Below, piece after piece: positions 38,929 through 49,476 of a DNA stretch of 64,000 bases. How positions within the stretch are numbered: position 1 is the first letter of the stretch; every line of letters begins with the position of its first letter. Below the pieces are notes generated by a model. It was not told the origin of the DNA. It was given only the letters and a program-made list of their open reading frames with translations, and did no database searches. Origin of the DNA: Psilocybe cubensis (lineage: Eukaryota); NCBI GenBank assembly GCA_017499595.2, contig CM039004.1, forward strand, positions 3,224,001-3,288,000, read 5' to 3'. The translations under genes were made by a program, and so were the position numbers.

Positions 38929-40140
38929 CAATCTGAATTAGTTTTTGGGAAAAAAGCTGAAAGGCAATATTTCATAATTTCATTATTGCTATATTGTTTG
39001 TTCTCAATATTAGTAAGAATATCACTCACAATAATTTTAAAAACATAATCAAATGACTTTAAATCGTAGAGTTGCCTTAGTACAACAACAAGATACAAGA
39101 AATCAGCGCGAGAAATTGAATAGTCTAGAGATAAACTACTGTGCTCCTTTCATCACCTCAACCAAGTCTCCTAAAACGCAATCGAGTTGCTTTCTTAAAT
39201 CGTAAAACGTTAGCACCTTGTCAAAATATGGTTTTTTCTGTATGCCTAGAGGTCAGAGTAGAAGATTCAGAGGAGATTCCGACACGATTCATGTCAGGAT
39301 TCCTGACCGATTCTGGGATCAAAATCTTCCGAAGCGCGATTCACTCTGTCTCCCCCCACTGGATAAAACTGGCTTCACGCACATTCAAGTTCCGATTCAG
39401 CAGAATAGCAAGACTGGTTTCAGCAATTTTCAACTTACATGGTATGTATAGTAATTTCATTTAATTGAAGTATCGAATGCAGTATATTTGCTGCTGATTT
39501 TAAGAGAAACATATCATTCAAGACTGAATCCGCTCAGGCCTTTGGCGGCCCCTTCTCGTTTTCTCTCTCTTCGCGTCTTGCCTTTTCGCGTTTTTTCTCG
39601 CGTCGACTGTCATGCTGTATCACGTGACCCGAATATTGAATATGATCTAAGTCAGGATCACCCGAATATTCTTGACCTCGATCCTCACCTCTTTCTCTTC
39701 CTCGTCTATGGTGTCACAAGTGAATTTTATCTGCAAGCGATCTATTTTATACGTGTATCTGATTTGTTTTGATTTGACATCTATCAATGACCGCCAGCAG
39801 TGAAAACTACTAGGATGACCGCCTTCAACACGTTTCCTCGGAGTAACTCTGTTGTATATTTCTATCGCACACAATGTTCAGATGCAAATACTCTGGACCA
39901 AAGATGAGCCGACGTTATAATCGTCGCCTTCCTGATACAGGTATAGCTCATTGTTCTGTCAAAACAGGTCATTATGACTACACAGATACGGACACAGGCC
40001 TCGAGGCGGATGGGAAAATAGGAAGTTGCCATTGACTTGCCTCGTGTACTCTGAGCCTTTCTCTCGACTATAATCTCGATGGTAAAGTAATAGACAAGGC
40101 GCCGCCAGCGCATCTTATCTCTCTCTCCTATCCCTGAGGA

Positions 40141-41475
40141 ATGTCGCATCACAAACGCCCCCACCGTCCTGCATACCACCGACCGTCATACAACCATCAT
40201 GCGGGTTTCTACCGCTCCATTGAGCTGACGGATGACCTCTCCAAGCCATGGGAAAACAGTCCGATCTCTGATAACGCTGATCTCCCGCCCGAACCACTCA
40301 AACCCATGTTCGACACACACGTATCGTCAATCGCGGTGGGAGACACTAATGCATCGTCACCAGTGTCAACGGCGACCTCGCACACGGTGCTGGGCAGCAT
40401 CGGGAAGCACAAAAAGAAGCGGAAGAAGCAGAGCGTATGGGGTCGTATCAGGAATTGGTTGAGACTTGGTAAGCGCGGTTCGTTGTATTGTTGGCTCCTT
40501 TCCTAATGATTGTAGTTTTCCCTTTGGACGACGGCGAAGTGTTGTCTGCACCAGCATTTGATATGCTGGAAAGCAAACCGTCACCACCAACCGTATCGAA
40601 AGTCGGGTTACACGAATGGAAGCAGTACGGTTACTGGGCCCGTCCGATACTCAACAACGTAACCGGTATTAATTCCCGTACGTCATATCCACTTCTAGCG
40701 TCCCCTAAACTGAGCACACGAATACAAAGCCGTGTCCAGCGAAACATCTATTGATACAATTACCCTCCGCAAAATGATTACCGACATGGGCGACGATTCG
40801 CCCGACTCGGGACGGCGCACACCTCCCCACAAACGCTTTATTCCAGGATCCAAACATCGTGCGCTTCCTCCCAGACCAGAGCGCTGGACACCGCCTATCC
40901 CAGGCCAGCCTCTGCCCTTCCCTTGGGAGGTGCAGCTCAACCCCTTGCTACAGCATTTTCTATGGGGCCCATCACCCTTAACCTGGAGGCTCTTTGACGA
41001 CCCACTGACGCACCGCAGTGTACGCTTTGGGCGCACGCCGCTCCCTGTATTTGTATCACACCAAGATCTTGCACAGCCCGCGACGTGGCCATTCTTGACG
41101 CACATGTACGTCAACGCCGTCGCGGGCGACTCCGCACCGACCTTCCCATGGCCGTTTACCATCCACAACGCACGCGGGATCCGAGTTGGTGATGTGTTGG
41201 GTGCTGTGTATGAGGCGTTTTGGGTGCCAGTGCGAAGGGAGGAGAAGGAGAGCTGGCCTATGACCCGCCAAGATGCTGCGATGCGTGCGCTGGAGGAGAG
41301 GTGCCACATTTGTGCTCCGGTGAAGGTTGGTAGAGATGCACAGGGAAATGTGATGCGGGAAGATTTTGAAGATTGCATGCGCCGATGCGATGCACTTGGA
41401 GGCGTTATGTGGTTTAGGGGAATCGAACCGACGATTAATGCTGGTGGGTGGATGATAACCTTTGGGACGCATTGA
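40141..41475 (+). CDS. Hypothetical protein with C-terminal DUF6699-like domain, 3 exons
   Basis: LAQPATWP, FPWPFTI, IRVGDVLGAVY, RRCDALGGVMWFRGI resemble the basidiomycete DUF6699 pattern; introns near 40469 and 40679. Confidence 0.65.
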
Positions 41476-43648
41476 GTGGGATGAGCTGAACAAGGTTTGA
41501 GTATTAATGCCACTGACGTTTCTGCCTTTGAAAGTGCGTCGTTCCTTCACCTTTTTGCTTTCTTGCTTTCTGTCTTTTCGCTATCCTTATTACCTATTCC
41601 TGACCGACCTCGTCTTGGCCTGATTTTGATATGCTTTTGTTTTGTTTCTCTGTGCGCTTGCACTGATTTCGAGCGCCTAATCCAAATAAGTTATTGAAAC
41701 ATGAATGTAAATCACCATTTTCAGTGTACTTGTAGTCAATTTCTGTGTAATTTCTACCGTTCCTCACTAATCTAATTGATATATTGAGGATCATATACTA
41801 ATATATCTGGTAGGGTGAATTAATATTTGAGGAGCAAATATGTCCTCGAGATTCAAGTGAATTTGTAAGTCGTGATTAATTGGATTAAGTTCGTCTCTGC
41901 GTAGATTCTATTTGGATGGGTTTTACAGGTATTTATTCATATAGCCGGTTTAGTACCCAAATTTAATTGTGATTGATTCAGAAACTTGCCAATATCAAGA
42001 AAGGAAGAAAGTTCAGATATAAGCGGTGGAATTGGTGTACCGTAGTGTTTCATCCTGAAGGTTGTGTGTGGGCGCTTACTGTCGCTTCGGACTTGCAAAA
42101 ATAGGGGGACCCGGACTGGAGATACTACCATCAATCGGTATCGATTTGCATTGATCATTATTCCATTCAGTCGGGCCCAAATAACAACCAACTGAAACTG
42201 TAGAAATACTATATCGCTTTGGCAAACCCGTGGGTCACTGTCCAGAATTGCATGCTGGCCATCCCGAATGGAAGGTTGGTGCGGATGACATCATGAATGT
42301 GTTGACAACATTCAATATTCAATTGATAATCCGCACGACAGTCGCGAGGCTCAGATATCATAGTACCGATAGTGTGCTTATGCTCCTGCCTCGTTGATAA
42401 TCTTGCCTGATTTCTCCACTGCACTGAATTCATTATAATTGAACAGAGTAACGCCGTTTATATGCATAACCAATTGCCCTTCTTGACGTCTGTGTGTTTT
42501 TCCTTTGCATATCTTCTCCGATTGGATACCATCACTACCGGACCTACGGAGTTTGCACTCTATCCCAGAAAAAACGTGGATTTCAGCCCTCAAACTGCAT
42601 TGCATCCTTGCTCTGTCCTCGCTTTCTTGTCATCCATATCTCATGCCCCTGATGTGCTTTCATGTCCAAATTGAACCAAATTGCTTCGTTCTAAATTTCT
42701 AATCGATGAAGAGATTGAGTGCGATAACCCTGGACTCACCAAGAATAGGAAGGTCCGTGCCCACAACTTGGTATCGGCTGCACGATAGAATTAGAGAGTC
42801 TGAAATTGACCGGGGAGGTGGCGTGAATGATATTTTCGAACGGGTTATTCTTATGCACCTTGGCTGTAAAGTGAAGCAAAAACCTACTGTGTGAATGCCT
42901 CTCCACGTTACTTTCTTATCTTGCGCTAGGCCGGCTTGTCTCCGCCGCCACCTTATTATCAACACCCATGGTCCGTGTTCTCATTCTGCACAACGTTTTT
43001 TCCGCCTTTCTTGTCATTTTTCGAAAAGAAATACATCTTGGATAATCCTGGATAACACAGCGGCGCCTCTCGGGCATCGGAAAAACTAGATATTCCGATA
43101 TAAAATTATTGTGGGCGCTTGTTGTCACCACTAAAAACAAACAGCGATAACGGATCTACTGGGAAGTACTTCCATCCTGCAGCCGTTACTGTCGTTTCGA
43201 TCCGATGGTTCAGTTACAAACCTCATCGGGTGTGACGGCAGCTGGGCCAGAAACAGTGGAGGCAACCCGAGCACGGTCGTTTCCCAAAGAAGCGTTTTGC
43301 CTCCCCGGCTCTGAACCACGCACCTCACGGGAAGAACCACGGAACCTGATCAGCAGATCCACCCTCAAACTAAAGATTTCCAGAATATCGCAAGGTAGGT
43401 TTAATCTTACCACGCTCAATTAATGTTAATCGATGACCTTTGATCGGTGGAGGTTATAGACTCTAAGCCAGGGACTGAAAGGAGTGCTATATAACGGTGG
43501 CCATTCTCGTTCCAAGGTCCTGATCGAATACCCCACCCTTCTTTGACCTTGGGGTTCATTTTAGTCCATTCATATTTGCTTCATTTCGGTGTTGTCTCCG
43601 AAAAGCTTTGCGTCTAATTCACGCTACTTCACCAAGCCACAAATCACG

Positions 43649-45183
43649 ATGTTTCATCCTGTCTATGGCCAGACCGCCGCCTCTAAGCAATCGAAGCAGG
43701 TTCCTTATCTTGCTCCGCCTAACTATCCCAAGGCTGGTGGAAGTGGTGGAAGTGGATACAATCGGTCCTTAGTGTCTAATTATTTCCCGCACCCGCAAAC
43801 GTCACGTTCCGTACCAGTACCTCCTGCAATGAAGTCTACAACAAATTCAAGTGGTGTGTTCTTTTATAATTAATCGCATTTCGTGTTGCGACTCTAATTT
43901 CGTGTATTTCTGTATGTATAGGACCACCGTACGCTCCGGGACCTTCACAATTGCCCACACAACAGTATCGCGCGCAGTATCCACACAGCCGTAGCCAGGG
44001 GCATGGCACACAGACGCCTCATCCAGTTCCGTACATTATGATGCAATCCACAGCAGGACAGCAACATCACCCATACCCGCCGCATCCATCATATCCATAT
44101 CTTCAATCCCACGCACCTCATGCATCCCAAACCCATCCCTATCGCTCTCTTCATCCTCATGGACCTTATCCAAGTGGAAGTAGCAGCGGAAAGCACACAT
44201 CACACGCATCTTACCATCCACATCCATCGTGGAATAATTCATATCAAGGGAATTTCCCTCAACCAACGGCGCGAGCTTCAGTAGTGGATATGAATACAAT
44301 TACACCAGATGACCCTCGTTATTATGTCCCAAGACCAAAATCACGGACGCCATCACCGACGCCCTTGTGGTCGCATGGACAAGTCTGTGAGGCGCCGTCA
44401 GGCCTTCCCAGTACGTCTGCTTCAAATGGTCCAGTCTTTCCTACCAATGGCCGTCCTCCGCCTTCACCCGATGGTGCTCCTCCTTCTGGTAAATATAGGA
44501 CCAATGAGGAGCTACAAGAGGCACGGGAGCGTGGTCCTCTGAAGTCGATATTAAAGACCTCGCATGCTCCCCCTTCAATACCTACTCCTCCTCGGAAAGG
44601 AACCACGGTGTCTCCAAAAACGCATGGCCACCCTAAAGTAAAAGATCCACAGACTGACGACGTCCTTGAGCTCAAGGCTCAGCTTTCTGCTGTGATAGGT
44701 AAACATAATCCACCGCGGAGTGGAAATCAGGATAACTCGTTGTCATCCTTGAAGACGAAGGGAAGCGATTGTAAATCAGGGTATGGCAATGACGACGATG
44801 CTTCATCGACAACTCAAGCGTCAGATTGGGGAACAATTTCCCCCGATATGAAAAAGGTGGCGGTTATACCACGCAACATTAACGGTAAGCTATTAGCAGT
44901 CGTTCCTACTACACATTTTTGACCAAATAACGATATAGGAGTGGAAGGAATCTCCACTTGTTATAACAAAGGAAACCATTATCATTGGGTGTCAACCCCA
45001 AAACCATCAACGGATCGTCACATCCGGCGCCCGCCTACACCATACAATAAGGAGAGATTGCTTACCGATACTCCTGGGGAATATATAGGAGATAATAGCA
45101 CGCATAAAAAAGTCCCATCCAGTTCTTCCAACGAAAGGAAAGACAAATTGTCTGCATACGCTCTGGGACTAACGCCTAGGTGA
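43649..45183 (+). CDS. Pro/His/Ser-rich, probably disordered hypothetical protein, 3 exons
   Basis: ORF pieces 43589-43873, 43951-44922 and 44941-45183 can be joined by GT-AG introns; LKSILK motif; no enzymatic domain recognised. Confidence 0.6.
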
Positions 45184-45324
45184 GATTCAAGTTGATATTA
45201 GCGGTGTAAACCTACATACGGAGAAATGTTTATTCAATGGATGTTTGGATTCGCGTATCTCTCTATATATCAATGATTTGATTGAACCGAGAAATTCATG
45301 GAGAGAAGCAACAAAAATAAACTA

Positions 45325-45422
45325 TTCCCTCTAGCCGACTTGAACGACTGACCTCGTCATATATAGTGTGCACTCTCGGAGGCAGTACTAGTGACGCGCT
45401 CTACCAACTGAGCTAAGAGGGA
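45325..45422 (-). tRNA. tRNA-Thr(AGT) with a 25-nt intron (45361-45385)
   Basis: Minus strand TCCCTCT-TA-GCTCAGTTGGTAGAGC-G-CGTCA-CT-AGT-A-[intron]-A-TGACG-AGGTC-AGTCG-TTCAAGT-CGGCT-AGAGGGA-A: full cloverleaf, A and B boxes, intron at canonical 37/38, T-run terminator downstream. Confidence 0.95.
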
Positions 45423-46113
45423 CTCGATGTGAGAGTCTGCCAAAATGTATGTATTGTGTAACAGAGTAAAGGCTGTTGAGATTCGGTTCGCATCTATCAT
45501 TGGCTACTATATTCATGTACAATTCTTGAAAAGCAACGATTAAAATCATCGAGAATTAAGATGGGCGTATTGTTTCTCCCACGCCGGCAACCGGTAAATC
45601 AGAATTTCATCCCCATCAGGCCAAAAAAGCACATGATTATTCGCACGGTGTTCCATTATCATTCAGTAGGACTGAGTAGGCCTTGAATTGTAGAATCTGT
45701 GTATTATCGGGTAACAAGCAGACGAAGGATTTGTGTTGTTTTGTAGAATTGGAATAACTCAGAATACTAAATTGTAAATACATAGGATACTTGATACTTA
45801 ATATATTCAATGATAATTGTCGCAAGAAAATGATGAAACTTGACACGGTTGAAAACAAGTTCTCTAAACAGCGGTTCTACATTTATGTAATGTAGTATTT
45901 TTGTTGGAAGAGGGGGGAGTCTCATAGATGATATAATATATATTATTAAGCTCAGAAGATGGAGCATATAGTGCACCCGGCGCACGCGTACAGACGGCAC
46001 AGCCGCGTTAGATTAGATTAGATTACATGTCGGAATTTTTAAAATAGCCTTATAATAATTTTACCTTATAAGGGCAACACAAAAGTTGATATCTCGCTCT
46101 CCAGGGCGTTTTA

Positions 46114-46490
46114 TATTGAACAAATATAATGGCTCAGTCAATGTAGAATAGACTGATATTCGTGTATAGTACCTATTGAACAAATATAATGGCTACACGA
46201 AGTCAATATACGAAGGGAAACAGTAAATACGATGGTCAACTCACCTCAGTCAATGTAGAATAGACTGAGGGGAGTTGAGACGAAATTGTTCTGGTATATG
46301 TGATACGAAAATGGCTGGGCAAATGCCCAAGCCATGCGGACCTACTCGGTGTACGTATTGTCCATGCGTGCACCCGTCTACGTACGGTCTAGACTAAAAC
46401 TGAGGTCATCACGGAGAAATAAGACAACAAGAAAATATAATCAGTCAAGAAAAGGGCGTGCATTACGAAGGCACGGTTAGAAATTCAACA
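46114..46490 (-). repeat. 3' LTR of Copia element
   Basis: Minus strand TGTTGAA...TTCAATA; identical by eye to 51338-51714. Confidence 0.95.
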
Positions 46491-46500
46491 CTCCCCCTCA
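46491..46500 (-). other. Polypurine tract (PPT)
   Basis: TGAGGGGGAG immediately before the 3' LTR, overlapping the pol stop codon. Confidence 0.85.
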
Positions 46501-49476
46501 AACCGTGCTGAGTCCGAGGGCGGTAGCGAAATGTTTGGCCTTCACGCTAGGAAGCGCCTTGGTGAGAATGTCAGCCGTCATGTCATTTGTGGGGCAGTAG
46601 ATCAACTTGATCGTGCCCTTCTCTATGACGTAGCGGATAAAATGGTAGCGAATATCGATATGTTTTGTGCGTGCATGATAGTGTCCGTCTTGTGCGAGTG
46701 CAATGGCCGATTTGCTGTCAGAAAATAAAATGGTTGGACCGTCGAGAGGTCCGAAAAGTTGAGTAATGAGTTCACGAAGCCAAATGGCTTCCTTCGCAGC
46801 GTGAGTTTGTGCGACATATTCCGCCTCGGTGGTTGACAGTGTAACGAGCTCTTGTTTCTTCGATGACCAGCTAACGGCTCCCCCGTCAACCATGAAAACA
46901 TACCCGGAAATTGCACGCCTGTGCTCCTGGGATGCTCCGTCAGCATCAACGAACCCTTCCACTCCTCGCTTCTCGCCGCCGTACGTCAACTGCAATGAGC
47001 GAGTGCCCAATAAATAGCGAAAGATTCGCTTTACGGCCTCCCAATGAGCCCAACCTGGGTTCTCGGAGAATTGTGCCACTGTGGACACTGCAAATGCGAT
47101 ATCAGGGCGAGTGCCCATCGCTGCATACATCAGGGATCCGACCGCCTCACGGTACGGAATTTGCTGCATCTTGATGATGTCTGCGATCTTCGTGGGGGAT
47201 TGCGATTTTGAGAGCGTAACTGTGTGATCCATAGGGATAGACGACGGTTTCAAGTCGTTAAAATTGAATCGCGCAATGATAGAGTCGATGTATGCGTCCT
47301 GGGATAGGGAAATGGTGTGGTTGACGAAATCTCGAGTGATCTTGATCCCCAAGAGCCAGTTCACGGCGCCTAAGTCGGTGAGCTTGTAGATACGATTCAT
47401 TCGCTTCTTGAATTCGTTAATCTGCTTCCTAGAGCTCCCAACAAGCAGGCAATCGTCGACGTGTACCGCAAGGATAATGATATCGGAGCCAATCTTCTTT
47501 ACGAAGACTCCATGGTCTGCATCCGTTCTTACGAACCCCAAATCAGCAAGAGCTTTACAAAGTGCGTCGTACCAGTTTTTAGCGCCCTGTTTCAAGCCGT
47601 ATAACGTCTTGTTTAAGCGCCAAACCCAGTCACGACTGTTGCGGACGGCGAACTCGGGTGGTTGTTCAAGAAATACCTTCTCGTTTGGACCCAATTTGCT
47701 GTTAAGGTACGCTGAATCGAAGTCAATGATATCTGCAATCCAGTCGTTCCGCGCAGCAAGAGCAAGAAGGAGTCGAAAAGATGCGAAACGAGCAACAGGT
47801 GCATACGTCTCGTAATAATCTACGCCATGAATTTGAGTAAAACCTTTAGCGACTAGACGTGCCTTGTATTTTTCGATTTCGCCGGCTGCATTCTTCTTGA
47901 TACGCAAAACCCATCGACATTTGGTGACGTTGGCATCCTTGGGTCGCTGTACAAGCTCGTAAGTGCCGTTTCGCTTCAACGAATCGAGCTCCTCCTTGAT
48001 TGCGATCTCCCATTTAGGCCAGTCTGCACGCTTCCTCGCCTCCTCAAATGTAGGTGTTAAACCTTCTGCTCCCTCCATAACCGCTGCCATTGCATACTCC
48101 GCCGCCTCGACCAATTCCCAAGCATCCTCCTCGCCATCCGCAACTCCACCCGTCTCCGAAGGCTCTGGCGCTTCTTGTATGCCTACAGGCAGTACACCAT
48201 CGCTGCGTCTTGCGCTGAGCACTCCCACACCACTTCTCAATCGTTCCACATACGAGGAAGCTTTGCGAATGCGTAAGCTTCGTCGTGGACCTTCTGGCTC
48301 GGGTTCTTCATTCTGGAATCGATTTTCAGTATGATCCGAAGGACCTCTGGGCTCTGGCTTGTCCTCGTCATCCTCGTCGACTTCCTCGACCTTGGGGCGT
48401 TGAGAATCGTTGGAAGCAAGTGGTTCGTCGGGCGGAGTCCACGCGACAAATGGTTTACGCTCCCCCTCGAGTGGTGCAGCCTCGACGAATATTTCTTCAT
48501 CAAAATTGAACTTAACGTTTCGTTCGACAGTAATTGAATGCTTCTCGGTCCAATATATGCGATGGGCAAAGCTCTCATCGTCAAAACCAACCCAGCGGCC
48601 GATTTTCGATCGCGCTGCAAGTTTATTGTTGTCGTCGTCGTAAACTCGCACTCTGCATCCCCAGGGGTGTAAATTCGCAAGGTTTGGCTTCTTGCCATGA
48701 AATATTTCGAAGGGGGTCGTGTTTCCAAGACTGCGCGTCCAGGAACAGTTCTTGAGATGCACAGAGTGGCGGGCTGCTTCAGCCCACAAAAAATCGGGCA
48801 GTCCGCTCTCATGAAGCATGGCACGGACTTTAGCAATAATGGTGCGGTTTAGGCGCTCCGAAACGCCATTATACTCGGGTGTATCGTGGGTTGTGAGGTG
48901 CCGTTCGGTTCCAGCGAGTGCAAGATGGGCAGTAAACGCATCGTTGAGGTATTCGCCTCCACGATCCGTACGAAGCGATTTGATTTGGATATCCTTTTGC
49001 GTTTTCAGCCATGCCTCGTATGACCGATACGCATCGAACGCCTCGCTCTTTTTGCGCAAAAAATAGAGCTGAGAATAGCGGCTGTAATCGTCCGTGAAGC
49101 TAATGTAGTACTTCTTGCGATTAATCGTTTCGACTGGCGCTGGACCCCACAGATCCGAATGAATCTCGTCGCCAACAGCCTTGGTGCGTTCTCGTTCGCG
49201 TTCGCGTCGGATAGCTCTACGCTCGCCTTTCGCCCACTCGCAGGACTCGCAAATTGTTGAGACACTTTCTGGGTCTAATAGAACACCAGTGACGAGTCCC
49301 TTATCCACCAAACGCTTCGCTCGCTCGTGCGAAACATGTCCCAGTCGACGATGAAGTTCATCAAGTGAGATTACCTCCTCCACCTTCGCGGCGGTCGCGG
49401 TCTCAACCTCTGGCTCAACTGAGCGTGGCGTAAAGACCCGATACAGTCCTCCCTTTACAGACACCCTTCCAATCGG
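46498..49476 (-). CDS. pol: Copia integrase - reverse transcriptase - RNase H (in frame with the upstream ORF beyond one TGA)
   Basis: HRRLGH...CESC zinc finger; HSDLWGP, RTDRGGEY, NGVSER (DDE region); KARLVAKG, LYGLKQ, VHVDD; FVDAD, TTEAEY, TADILTK. Confidence 0.95.
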   Translation of the reverse strand, partial: PIGRVSVKGGLYRVFTPRSVEPEVETATAAKVEEVISLDELHRRLGHVSHERAKRLVDKGLVTGVLLDPESVSTICESCEWAKGERRAIRRERERERTKAVGDEIHSDLWGPAPVETINRKKYYISFTDDYSRYSQLYFLRKKSEAFDAYRSYEAWLKTQKDIQIKSLRTDRGGEYLNDAFTAHLALAGTERHLTTHDTPEYNGVSERLNRTIIAKVRAMLHESGLPDFLWAEAARHSVHLKNCSWTRSLGNTTPFEIFHGKKPNLANLHPWGCRVRVYDDDNNKLAARSKIGRWVGFDDESFAHRIYWTEKHSITVERNVKFNFDEEIFVEAAPLEGERKPFVAWTPPDEPLASNDSQRPKVEEVDEDDEDKPEPRGPSDHTENRFQNEEPEPEGPRRSLRIRKASSYVERLRSGVGVLSARRSDGVLPVGIQEAPEPSETGGVADGEEDAWELVEAAEYAMAAVMEGAEGLTPTFEEARKRADWPKWEIAIKEELDSLKRNGTYELVQRPKDANVTKCRWVLRIKKNAAGEIEKYKARLVAKGFTQIHGVDYYETYAPVARFASFRLLLALAARNDWIADIIDFDSAYLNSKLGPNEKVFLEQPPEFAVRNSRDWVWRLNKTLYGLKQGAKNWYDALCKALADLGFVRTDADHGVFVKKIGSDIIILAVHVDDCLLVGSSRKQINEFKKRMNRIYKLTDLGAVNWLLGIKITRDFVNHTISLSQDAYIDSIIARFNFNDLKPSSIPMDHTVTLSKSQSPTKIADIIKMQQIPYREAVGSLMYAAMGTRPDIAFAVSTVAQFSENPGWAHWEAVKRIFRYLLGTRSLQLTYGGEKRGVEGFVDADGASQEHRRAISGYVFMVDGGAVSWSSKKQELVTLSTTEAEYVAQTHAAKEAIWLRELITQLFGPLDGPTILFSDSKSAIALAQDGHYHARTKHIDIRYHFIRYVIEKGTIKLIYCPTNDMTADILTKALPSVKAKHFATALGLSTV

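Noticed and set aside
40695..41513. 272-aa antisense ORF over the DUF6699-like gene
   Set aside because: No recognisable motif; the plus frame carries the family pattern.
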